The notes under the pieces were generated by a model, which saw only the letters and a list, made by a program, of their open reading frames with translations, was not told where the DNA came from and did no database searches. The translations under genes were made by a program, and so were the position numbers. A stretch of 63,488 nt of DNA, the filler included, from Octopus bimaculoides (lineage: Eukaryota): assembly GCF_001194135.2 (NCBI RefSeq). It is 5 parts of 4 records of this genome, joined end to end, with 100 filler letters (N's around TTAATTAATTAA, not from the genome) between each part and the next. Parts side by side here need not be neighbours in the genome. Positions count along the whole stretch, not along the records: positions 51,273 to 60,892 come from NC_068981.1; positions 60,993 to 63,488 come from NC_068994.1; 3 more parts are not named here. One strand, given 5' to 3'. This document shows, piece by piece, positions 52,698 through 63,488 of the stretch (position 1 is its first letter; each line of letters begins with the position of its first letter).

Positions 52698-53236
52698 GGC
52701 GCAGGAGTGGCTGTGTGGTAAGTAGCTTGCTTACCAACCACATGGTCCCGGGTTCATTCCCACTGCATGGCACCTTGGGCAAGTGCCTTCTACTATAGCC
52801 TTGGGCCAACCAAAGCCTTGTGAATGGATTTGGTAGACGGAAACTGGAAGAAGCCCGTCGTGGCATTAGGAAGGGCATCCAGCTGTAGAAACTCTGTCAG
52901 ATCAGATTGGAGCCTGGTGCAGCCATCTGGTTTACCAGTCCTCAGTCAAATCGTCCAACCCATGCTAGCATGGAAAGCGGACATTAAACGATGATGATGA
53001 TGATGCTATATGTATGTATGTGTGTGTATATGTTTGTGTGTCTGTTTGTCCCCCCCCAGCATCGTTTGACAACCGATGCTGGTGTGTTTACATCCTCGTA
53101 ACTTAGCGGTTCAGCAAAAGAGACAATAGAATAAGTACTAGGCTTACAAAGAATAAGTTCTGTGGTTGATTTGCTCGACTATAGAGGCGATGCTCCAGCA
53201 TGGCCACAGTCAAATGACTGAAACAAGTAAAAGAGT
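52698..53236 (+). mobile_element. Family A SINE carrying an inserted (GAT)n-tailed element (52861-53005)
   Basis: The family A 5' half ends at …AAGCCCGTCG. It is followed by TGGCATTAGGAAGGGCATCCAGC…GCGGACATTAAACGATGATGATG, then the family A microsatellite and 3' half resume. Confidence 0.85.
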
Positions 53237-53339
53237 ATATAAGTTTTAGCATTCTAGTTCACTTCCACTGTTTACAGCAGTGCTTGGAAGGAAGGTGTGC
53301 AGCATGTGTTCATGGCATTGACCATGACAGAGAAAGTTG

Positions 53340-53740
53340 TCATGGCGATACCTGCTCAGAGATCTATGTAAAGTTGCAGAAATGGAGAGGAGTGTATGAG
53401 CCACACAGAAGTATATGAGTGGTTCAGACATTTCCAAGATGGCTGAAAAATGTTGATGAACGTTCTGGGAGACCGGCAACCAGCAGAACTGAGAAAAACA
53501 TCACAGATGCGCTTGAAGCTGTGAGGGGAAAATCATCGAATCACCATCCGCAAGTTATCAGAGAACATGAAGATTAGTTATGGTTCAGTTCAGTTGATTA
53601 TCACTGAAGATTTGGGCATGAGATGTGCGTCTGCCAAGATATGCCAAAACTGCTTTCAGCTGACCAAAAAGACACTCAGGTTTCAGTTGCACAAGATATC
53701 CTTGATTGTGTCGGGAACAATAAAACTTTTTGAAAACTTT
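53340..53740 (+). pseudogene. mariner transposase N-terminal relic
   Basis: EVYEWFRHFQDG…ERSGRPATSRTEKNI…ITIRKLSE…SYGSVQLIITEDLGM…PKLL.ADQK. Confidence 0.8.
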
Positions 53741-54394
53741 GAGTAGGTTTCTGAGCAGATATCGCCAAGCTTTTGGCAAAATTTGATGCAGATTCTCTGC
53801 TCAACTTTCTCTGTTATGGTTAATTCAATGATCACATGTTACACATCTCCCTTTCAACAACTGCTGTAAACAGCAGAAGTGAGTTAGAATGTTGAAACTT
53901 AGTAAACATGCACAGCAGAGATCAAAGTCAATCTGTGCCAAGTGGCTGCACTCTGCCTATTTTAGCTTCATTACTATGGCAACAGTCCGGATACTTATTG
54001 ATCAGACCATGTATATATGTATGCATGTATGTTAGTATGTATGTAAGTATGTATGTATGTGTGTGTGTATGTATGTATGTATGTACTTAAGTATGTATAT
54101 GTGTTCATCTTTCTGAATATATGTAGGTATATGTTTCTATGTGTAACTCTATATTTATACATTTGTATATATGTATATCCCAAATCGTCCAACCCATGCT
54201 AGCATGGAAAGCGGACGTTAAACGATGATGATGATGATGATGTCAAGCCTAATTGTGTTTACATCACCACCTACATACATATATATCTGTGCGAGAGTTT
54301 TACTAATACTTTAGCTTTTGCTTTGTAAACTTGTAGCCCATTGATTCCAGATTTTGTTTCCATTTCTAGAATTTCTTCTCTTATATTATTACAG

Positions 54395-54677
54395 ATTTAG
54401 CTATCAGAATGAGATCATCTGTAAGTTGGGATTCCCAGAGGCACTCAGTCTTAAAGAGCTCTATTATGGCTGAGAGGACCTTGATAAATAGAATGGTACT
54501 GAGTACTGTGTCTTGGTGGATCCCGATCAATACACTGTATCTTCTGCTGTACTTGTTGCTAAATCATCAACTTACTGAGAACACTCTGACAAATGGTTTG
54601 TGTGGCCGTCACCAGGCATTCCTCATTACTCACAAGATTATTGAGTGGAGGACTCTGTTGAAGACTTTCTACAGGCG
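54395..54677 (+). pseudogene. Candidate decayed exon of unidentified origin
   Basis: Pyrimidine tract plus TTACAG acceptor before 54395 and a weak G|GTAGTT donor after 54677. The 94-codon frame FSYQNEIICKLGFPEALSLKELYYG*…KWFVWPSPGIPHYSQDY*VEDSVEDFLQA has four TGA/TAG stops. Confidence 0.3.
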
Positions 54678-54723
54678 GTAGTTTACTCTTATATGTATAT
54701 ATATATGTGTGCCCACATGTATA

Positions 54724-54761
<38 letters not shown>

Positions 54762-54962
54762 TATGTATGTATGTGTGTATGTCTGTATGGTTTCTAGTTT
54801 AAATTTCTAGATTTCATGACAATAGAAAAAGGTCCAGTTTCTAACCTAGATCCAAAGATCCTTCATAGGAATTTCAACATCAACTGGGCAGTTGTATGTA
54901 TATTCGCAGGTATTTGATGTTAGTAAATGTGCAAGTCTGAATATTTTGTTTTATGTATATGT

Positions 54963-55250
54963 GGCCAATGCTGGTGACAAGTCAAAAGGACCTTTCGAGT
55001 GTTGGGCCTCATGGAGGCAATGATGAATGACCAAGACCCTTGGCATCATGCTGTGCTTGAGAAGAAAACCCATCAAGCCAAGTAATATCACAGTCGAGGG
55101 TTGGCGTTAGAAAGGACATCCAGCCGTTGAAACCATGCCAAATCAGACAGGAGTCTGATGCAGCCTTCCAGTTTGCCAGCCTTGGTCAAACCTTCCAACT
55201 CATGCAAACATGGACAACAGATGTTAAATGATGGTGATGATGATCATGAT
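54963..55250 (+). mobile_element. Older copy of the (GAT)n-tailed retroposon
   Basis: GGCGTTAGAAAGGACATCCAGCCG…GATGTTAAATGATGGTGATGATG is collinear with 52861-53005. A 3'-only copy lies at 54180-54243. Confidence 0.7.
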
Positions 55251-55299
55251 CATGTACTCATACATATAGTTGCATGCCAAGGGATGTAGTGAAGTAAAA

Positions 55300-55550
55300 G
55301 CAAAATTCCTTCCTGAGTCATGTTGACTCATAGAGCCAGTTTCCCATTTCCCATGATGTACATAATCGTCACCTGAATGGGACACTAGTCTGTTGCAAGA
55401 TTACTCATTTTTGAAGTGGAGTGGACTGGAGCAATGTGAAATGAAGTATTTTGCTCAAGAACACAACACATCACCCAGTCCAGGAACTGAAACCACAATC
55501 ATACACTCATTAGTCCAACACCCTAATCACTTAGTCACATGCTTCCACAG
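55300..55550 (-). mobile_element. tRNA-derived SINE (fourth family), diverged
   Basis: The minus strand starts GTGGAAGCATGTGACTAAGTGATTAGGGTGTTGGAC…GGTTTCAGTTCC (A and B boxes), then a CORE-like TGTTCTTGAGCAAAATACTT. Confidence 0.6.
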
Positions 55551-55589
55551 TGTATATGTACTTACATACTGAACTAATGCAAAGTTCTA

Positions 55590-56960
55590 CATATTTTGAC
55601 AGTTTCATTGCGGGCTTGTATCTCTACTCTTCAAATTTGATTTCTACTTTCTGGTTTAGAGAACCTTAATTTCTCAAGATTGGTACTGAGGCAGTTTGTT
55701 GCTTATCCATATGCCTCAGTAATTATATGTATAAATGTAATTCTATAGTCGAGGTGTAGTATCTGTAAATTTCCCAACAGTAATTGTTTTTGGAAGAGGT
55801 AGTCAATATCATTGTCGATGTGAATATTTTACTTATGCTGGTCAGTATCTTTCAAATTTCCACATCAATGGCTCAGATTCCATCAAATGTTCAATCAAGT
55901 AACTGAAATGTTGGTATGAGTACTGTTATTACAAAAGACATGATGTGCCACTGTTTTACTGTGTGCAGAACACTTTGATGTTCATATATTCCTCTGGTTG
56001 TTATATTCCTTAGGGACAGGTTCCTTTTTACAGGTTCCATTGTAAAATGTGTTTTCATTTAACCCCAGGTACCTGTAATATTCCTCGTCAGATGCTGTTA
56101 GTCTGCCTTTCAGTTTTACCTCATTTTACAAGCATACAGGAACATTTATCTTGATCAAACTCCAACCCTATATCCCTTGAGAATGTTGTAACTAGGCCAA
56201 GGCTCTTTTCCATACCATGCATATCCCTGTCATACAGCTTCAAGTCATTTACAAACAAGTGTGTAATCTCAGCACTTCTTTCTTCCTGTGAATCAATGAT
56301 ATACTTTCAGACTTCTTCAACATGAATGACAAGGGGATTACTGGAAGTACGGAACAGCATCTCAGAGAGATTGTCTCCGAAGAATATACCATTATGATAT
56401 TGTATTTTATCGATGATAATACACCCATTCATTGTATTTAACTTCAGGATGGTAGCCCACTATGAAGTCAGCACAGCTATGGCTGGCTTTGATTATGCTC
56501 TTTGGAACTTTTGGAAGCCAAAAGGACTTCTGCTTTCTTACAGCCCAGTTATATTGAAACCAGGTTCTTTGTAAGCTGCTGCACCTCTGACATTACAATT
56601 TTGTTTATCAACAATTGCTCTGTAGATCCCCAAACTCCTCTCTTTCCAACTACTTGCTCTACTGCAATTATATTATTTTCCTAATAGACTTAGAGGAAAA
56701 GACTTAAATAGACTCTAAATATTTTATACATCCCACTCTCGCATACAATTTGGCTGTTAGTTCTTTTCCATGCGAGTGGTTTTGTTCTTGGGAATCAGTT
56801 ACAAGCACACTGCCCCATGAAAATTACTGCTAGCTCCCTCTGTATAAGCAACCATGTGCTACCATCTGCTGGCACACTAAAGAACTAGTTCAGGAACTTT
56901 TTGATACCCTCTTGTATGTTTCTATCAGAGCCAACCAGTGTGGTATGCTAATATTCCCAT
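55590..56960 (-). pseudogene. R4/Dong-like LINE RT and RLE relic, internally deleted
   Basis: GIFFGDNLS, ITHLFVNDLKLYD (YxDD box region) and VTTFSRDIGLEFDQDKC. The terminal NCLSTNLEKLRFSKPE is homologous to 43460-43500. Confidence 0.8.
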
Positions 56961-58449
56961 TGACAGCTTGCTTGCACAAGTTGATAAGATAAATACAGTA
57001 AGTAGGTTAGTTTCTTTTACCAGTATTCAGCAATCATGTCTCTTCCTCGTGTTTTTCCATCTTTTATCTTTTATTGGATTGTGGCCATGCTGCGATACAA
57101 CCTTGAAGGATTTAGTGAAACAAATGACCCCTTTTTTAAAGTCTGGTACTTATTCTTTCTCTTTATATGAAACTGCTAGGTAATAGGGTTGTAAACAAAC
57201 CAACACTGGTTATCAAGTAATAGTGAGGATGACACACACACACACACGAAAAAGGGGTTATAACCCTGAAATATTGAAATACAAGGTAAAACTGCAACTT
57301 TATATTGTTTGTTTTGTTTTCCTTTTCCTTTTGTAGTTTGCTTTGTACCTTCTATCATTGTTCCAGCCTTGTACAACAAATCTCTTTAAAGCAATACCAT
57401 ACAATGCTTTGCCAAAACTATTCCATTTTAATACACACACACACACACATGGCAGGTTTCTTTCAGTTTCTGTCTACCAAATCCACTCAGAAAGCTTTGG
57501 TTGGCCTGAGGTTGTAGTAGAAGACATTTGCCCAGGGTGCCATGCAGGGGGACTGAACCCACCTTGCAGAGAATCACTGCTCCAAGTCGTCTGGAATAAA
57601 AACTGTAAATTTGTACAATTATAGCTAAATGCAAACAATGTATGAGGAAAGACGAAATTATCATCATTGTTCAGCATCTTTAATTAATTACTTTTATTTG
57701 TATCTTTCTTCTGTATCATGTTGCAGATAGCCTTTCTTGAATTCAAACCCGGAATGTTAGCCTTTCTTGAATTCAAACCCAGAATGTTCATGTTCGCAAG
57801 TCAAAACTGCTGGCGAATAATATTACTATATTTATTAAAATTGGTTAGAGATAGTTACCACCAACAATGAATACTACTATATTTGGTAATATTGACCACA
57901 GTTAGTTTTAGCTACGTTTCGCAACTCCATTATAATGCTTACTAACACTTTGACATCAGTTTTTGATGGGCATTGGTAGGCAAAAAGAAAAGTTTCATTT
58001 CCAAGCTAAGGGCCTCATGAAATATTCTAGAACCTTTTGACGGGCTTATAAAGACACTGGTGCTCAGCACTTTGCAGAGATTTTTGTTAGAGGATATTTT
58101 CATCTTTCAACTTTCTAAGAGATTATTCCTGTTCTAAATGGACTGTCTTAAATTTGTATGAGATATTTCAACTCTCATCTCTTGACTTTTTCATTGTTTC
58201 TTTATTCACTCATATATAACATACATAACAAACTGTACTGTATATTAAAAATGTTTAGTGTTAATATTTATTATTAATAGGATTGGATTGCTTATGTTCA
58301 GTCCACTGCTGGACAAAGACCTCAGCATGTTCTTTCCATCAACTACAATCTGATGTCTAGGCTGTGAATTTGAGCTTGAGATCATTCTACTTCAATAAGC
58401 CTTCTCTGTCACACTGACTCGACATCGTATGGTAGACGGGTACAGTTTT

Positions 58450-58630
58450 TAATACTCTTATCCAGGGGTAGTTGAGCCGTTACATCGATTCCAGTGCTCA
58501 ACTGGTATTTATTTTATCAACTCAGAAAATATGAAAGACAAAGTCGGCCTCAGCAGAATTTGAACCCAGAACGTAAGATGGACGAAATATTGCTAAGCTT
58601 TTCACCTGAAATGCTACCGGTTCTGTCAGT
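58450..58630 (-). mobile_element. Family B SINE, minus strand
   Basis: Reverse complement of the head and core (…ACTGGTATTTATTTTATC…AAAGTCGGCCTCAGCAGAATTTGAACCCAGAACGTAA…GCTAAGC). Confidence 0.8.
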
Positions 58631-59120
58631 TTGACTATTAATAAACCCTGATTATTCAACATGTTAAGCATAATACAACTACAATCCTTTTTCAAGTTCC
58701 TATTTTACTAATTGCTATTTATCTCTTATGCTGAGTCAAAGAATAACAGAGATTTATTTTCCTGCTGGTGACATGATATCAATAATAAGAATAAGTAGAA
58801 AAATTCCTGGAAATTTGTTCACACATTCAAAAGGTTTCAAGTTGTTTTGCAATCAACCAAGCACAGTCACAGCTGAAGAAGCTCGCTTTGCAGTCACTTG
58901 GTTTCAGGTTCAGTCCAACTCCTTGGTCCCTTGAACATGTATCTTCTACTGTAACCCCACCCGCCTCAGACTGATCCATACATTGTGAGTGAATTTGGTA
59001 GAAACTGTGTGGAAGTCCGTTGTGTGTGTGGTGTATGTGTGTGTGCTGTGTGTGTGTGTGAGAGAGAGAGTGCGTGTGCGTGAGAGAGTGCGTGTGTGTG
59101 TGTGTGTGGTGTGTGTGTGC

Positions 59121-59210
<90 letters not shown>

Positions 59211-61069
59211 GTCAATCAACCAGATTGTGCTCTGCTTAAGTCTGTTGACCTTTTGCATGCGCACAGATGTCTCAAATCAGATACTTTTGGTACACACTAA
59301 CAGTACCACATACGCAAATTAATTATAAAGAGCTGTCTGAAGTGAAGGTAATGAACTTGACTGATATGCTAAAATTCGCTGCTAAATCTCCCTATAACCG
59401 CACCTTCTCGTCTCGGAAAACAACGCAAGCTACACAAGAAATAATTCTTAATTGCACCAAAAATATCCCCTATGATTAACAAATTATGTGTAGCGCAATA
59501 TTTTTCTCCACCTCAATGAAAACATTTTCCTCTCTTGACTGCTAAACGAACTGAAGTTGCATGGTTAACACAAACATTGCCTGTTATTTAATTACGTAAT
59601 TAAATTGCATGCTTGTTAGTATTTGTTGTCTCCGTAAGAATTAATTTGTACACATGAAGAGTGAAAGAGGAAATGAAAAAGAATAATGGCAGAAAGCAAA
59701 AATGGGGGGGAAAAAAGGTATATATGTGTGGTTAAGAAGTTCACTTTGCAACCACGTAGTTTCAGGTTCAATACCACTGTACAATAATTTGGGCAGTAAC
59801 ACCAGATTGACCAATGTTGCGAACTTGCCCACGTAGCCTTTTCAGTGAAGCTTTCTATAGTAATTGGCTGCTATGCAAACAACCCTCGATGGAGCTAACT
59901 CCATCTTGTTTCAAGAAGACTCTACATGCTGCTGAAAAATTTGGGAAGGGAAACACATGACGACATAGCTATGTATAGCCCGGAAGGTATTCCCATGTAT
60001 AGCCTGGCAGGTATTGAAAAGCATTGAAGATTTTTGAAATCATGTGGTTCACTACTACACATATACCTCTAACTTGTATTCAATGTAGACGAAAGAGTCC
60101 TTAAAAAAAAAAAAGAAAAGGCCATACCGCACCTTCATCTCTCAAGAAAAAAGAAAAAAAAACTTCGGCGTTGAAGGCTAGAAAGACCATTTAATGTCCT
60201 TTTTCGGTGATAAGACACTTCAAATTGAATCTGTACTAACATTAATTAAAACATACATTTTTAATCTCAAATAGGCTCAGACGACACTGAAAGTTTACAG
60301 TTCTATTCGGTCTGTGATTGACCGAATAAACAGGCTCCCTCTACTACGTCCGATTGTTACTTAGATAATGTGGCTGCGGCCATGTTTAATTGAGTTCCTT
60401 TCACTTCGTTTCTCTAAGGACTCTCGGCTGGTTGTTTGGTTCTATAGCATTTGCGCAGGCGTCTCTCACACAAACACAACCTTCGTCCATGTGCGCTAAC
60501 AGTATTGACCAATAACCTATAACCTTTTCGAGTCAAATATGAATCAGGACTAATTAGAGAAGAAAGATCCTTTGTCTCGCCTAACCTAATTTGGCTGGAA
60601 AAATATAAATTGGCAGACAAAAAATCAGTTCAACCTCTTTTGTCTCTTTGCCTCTGGTCAAAGAACATCTCTATTTCTCTCTTCAAGTATGGCCTGTCAT
60701 AGCGCAACAGCACAACTCTTAATCCATCTGTGTTGTCTAAGCGATCTTATCATTTCTCTCATTGTAGCCACCCACATAGATTAAGCTAACAATCATACAG
60801 AATAGACAATAGAACTAAAAATAATATGTGTACAGCAACAATTCAAACCACTCAAAGTAGTTTGCAATTTGTTTCGTAACGATGACGATAGCNNNNNNNN
60901 NNNNNNNNNNNNNNNNNNNNNNNNNNNNNNNNNNNNTTAATTAATTAANNNNNNNNNNNNNNNNNNNNNNNNNNNNNNNNNNNNNNNNNNNNTTGAAGGT
61001 ACCTTTTCAATACTCACGCAAAATTAGGCATTAATATTTCCATTCTAATGTTATTTTCTGTCTTTTTTA

Positions 61070-61280
61070 AAATGAGTTCAGATCAGACCCACATCAGACA
61101 TTGCATGCTATATGAATTCAAAAGGGACTCTTCAGCAACGGGAGCGGCAAGTAATATTCATTCAGTGTGTTGAAATGAAGCTGTAAGTGTACGGACGTGG
61201 CATCGATGGAGTGGCCAGTTTCTCTGGGGAAATTTTATTCTTGCAGATTCTTTTCGATCTAGACGACCAAGTTCTGTCGA
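61070..61280 (+). pseudogene. mariner transposase N-terminal relic
   Basis: MSSDQTHIRHCMLYEFKR..SAT.AASNI…AVSVRT..RW…F..GNFILAD..RSRRP. Confidence 0.8.
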
Positions 61281-62137
61281 TATCGAGCCTCTGAAAACCC
61301 TATTCGAATCTTCCCATGCAAAATCATCAAAAATGACGAGAGTGGTTTCCTATCATCATATTCCGCCGAAAGAATAATGATTAGCATCCAATAAAAAAGG
61401 AGAAGCCGTCCCCACCAACCAGGACTATACCTGAAAAAAACTATGCGGTTTATATACACACGCACTTACGTAAAAATGTATGTAAACCTGTATATATATA
61501 TGTGTGTATGTGTGTATACATATATATGTGTTTGTGTGTGTGTATATATATATATATATTGCAAACCGGATGTGTCTATTCACCTCCAACAATAGAGAGC
61601 AGTCGTCATACTTCATTCCATATCGGCTACCTCTCATGAACACAGGGTTACATTATCGGATTGTTACCAAACGTTCTTTTAAATCCCTAGTACGAAATAG
61701 ATTGGTAAGATCAGCCGTAATAGCTGTACATTTCGGATAATATACTAATCCTTTTGACAGACATACGAGTGCATTTTTTCCTGACTTATAGGAGTCTAAG
61801 ACGACTTACATATACATAGATATATATATGTGTGTATACATACATACATAGATACATGAACAAACATGCATACACATGTGTCGTATACTTCATTCTGTTA
61901 TATCATTTGCCTCTGACTGAAATGCATGACGAATAGGTACATGGAATTCATTTAGTCTGGTCGAATCGATAATCTATTAGTCTCCAGTATATGTATACAC
62001 ACACACACATACACAGACACGTATATGTGAGTATGTTTCTGTGTGTGCGTGTGTGTATGCGCGTGCAATCCAGCCTGGCTGGGTGCAAAGAACGAACTAT
62101 CTTCGAAGGAAAAAATATTCCATGCAACATTCAAAGT

Positions 62138-62168
<31 letters not shown>

Positions 62169-62437
62169 GTGAAACAGTATTGATTGACAGTACACACACA
62201 CACTCTCCATTCCTTCGACAAAATTTCAATCAGTAGACCTACCAACGTTTTTGTTGACCAAAATTTGATTGGGTGTCGTCTGACTGACTGATTTACCACT
62301 GGAGAGCTACGTGACTGGAAAACACTATTCGCTTTATTGCAAAATCCAGAAAATAAGAACACCAGCGTCAAAATATATTAATAACTGCGATGATAAAACC
62401 GACACAATTACTATTATTATTATTATTATTATTATTC

Positions 62438-62626
62438 TTCAGTAGTTTTATTTTTATAACGTGCTTTCACTTCACTACCGAGCGCAGCTCTGTGCGCCTT
62501 GGGTATGTGCTGTGGTGCTCTTATGTTTACTGTATTGAAAGTGTTTTGCGTAGAATGTGTGCAGTACCCAGTAGTGCAATTTTCTGTATGTTATATATAT
62601 TTGTAAGTCCTGGTATTTTTGTTATG

Positions 62627-62668
<42 letters not shown>

Positions 62669-62995
62669 TGTTGTTCTTGTAATTGTTATCGTCGCTGTCG
62701 TCGTCGTCGTAGTCGTCATCATCATCGTCATCATCATCATCATCATCATCATTATAATTAATGTTGTGAANNNNNNNNNNTATTATTATTATTATTATTA
62801 TTATTCTTCAGTAGTTTTATTTTTATAACGTGCTTTCACTTCACTACCGAGCGCAGCTCTGTGCGCCTTGGGTATGTGCTGTGGTGCTCTTATGTTTACT
62901 GTATTGAAAGTGTTTTGCGTAGAATGTGTGCAGTACCCAGTAGTGCAATTTTCTGTATGTTATATATATTTGTAAGTCCTGGTATTTTTGTTATG

Positions 62996-62999
<4 letters not shown>
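62438..62999 (-). mobile_element. R4/Dong-like LINE 3' end, present twice (62438-62630 and 62807-62999)
   Basis: The minus strand encodes KIPGLTNIYNIQKIALLGTAHILRKTLSIQ*, a typical R4/Dong C-terminus, then a short UTR and (TAA)n. Confidence 0.85.
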
Positions 63000-63037
<38 letters not shown>

Positions 63038-63137
63038 TGTTGTTCTTGTAATTGTTATCGTCGCTGTCGTCGTCGTCGTAGTCGTCATCATCATCGTCAT
63101 CATCATCATCATCATCATCATTATAATTAATGTTGTG

Positions 63138-63355
63138 AAGGCAGTGAGGTGGTAGAAACGTTAGCACGCCGGGCGAAATGCTGAGCGGTATTTCGCCCGT
63201 CACTACGTTCTGAGTCCAAATTCCGCCGAGGTCGACTTTTGTCTTTCATCCTTTCGGGTCGATAAATTAAGTACCAGTTGAGTACTGGGAGTTGATGTAA
63301 TCGACGTGCCCCTTCCTTCAAAATTTCAGGACTTGTGCCTATAGTAGAAAAGATT
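63138..63355 (+). mobile_element. Family B SINE
   Basis: Full head, core and tail, collinear with 46899-47112. Confidence 0.9.
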
Positions 63356-63488
63356 AACCCTCACAACAACATACACTCACACACAAATACATGCACTCTT
63401 TTGTTTCGTCCTGTTCTGTCCATAATGTTTTTCTTAATGCAAACCCTTGTCATCATCATCATCATCATCATCATTACTATTACTATTG

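Noticed and set aside
60304-60328. 9-bp perfect hairpin TATTCGGTC/GACCGAATA
   Set aside because: Too short for a pre-miRNA, I recognise no known mature sequence, and it is plausible by chance in 63 kb.
62410-63139. ~369-bp near-identical tandem duplication around a 10-N gap
   Set aside because: Sequence duplicated on both sides of a minimal gap is the signature of unmerged overlapping contig ends. It is probably a single copy in the genome.

Overview
AT-rich, microsatellite-saturated eukaryotic DNA with about 4 kb of N gaps. The SINE families, the repeat style and the artificial TTAATTAATTAA contig spacers point to an octopus (coleoid cephalopod) draft assembly; this is an inference, not a database match. 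I found no intact host protein-coding gene, rRNA or CRISPR array. The window is a transposon graveyard containing: Tc1/mariner DNA transposons (DD34E Tc1-type, DD34D mariner and maT/DD37D-type), RLE-type LINE relics (R4/Dong-like and HERO-like), an RTE relic, Penelope-like (PLE) RT and GIY-YIG relics, a gag/ORF1-like zinc-knuckle relic, a Helentron-type non-autonomous element and many tRNA-derived SINEs. The main find is a family of short PLE-type palindromic inserts (1044-1327 and 23236-23475). Each carries one complete type I hammerhead ribozyme fold paired with its own truncated antisense copy. Other leads are an ORF1-only (HAL1-like) retroelement candidate, a tRNA-Lys(UUU) head fused directly to a SINE 3' tail, and an unidentified exon-shaped coding relic at 54395-54677. 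Nearly all ORFs in the supplied track are microsatellite or N-gap artefacts.
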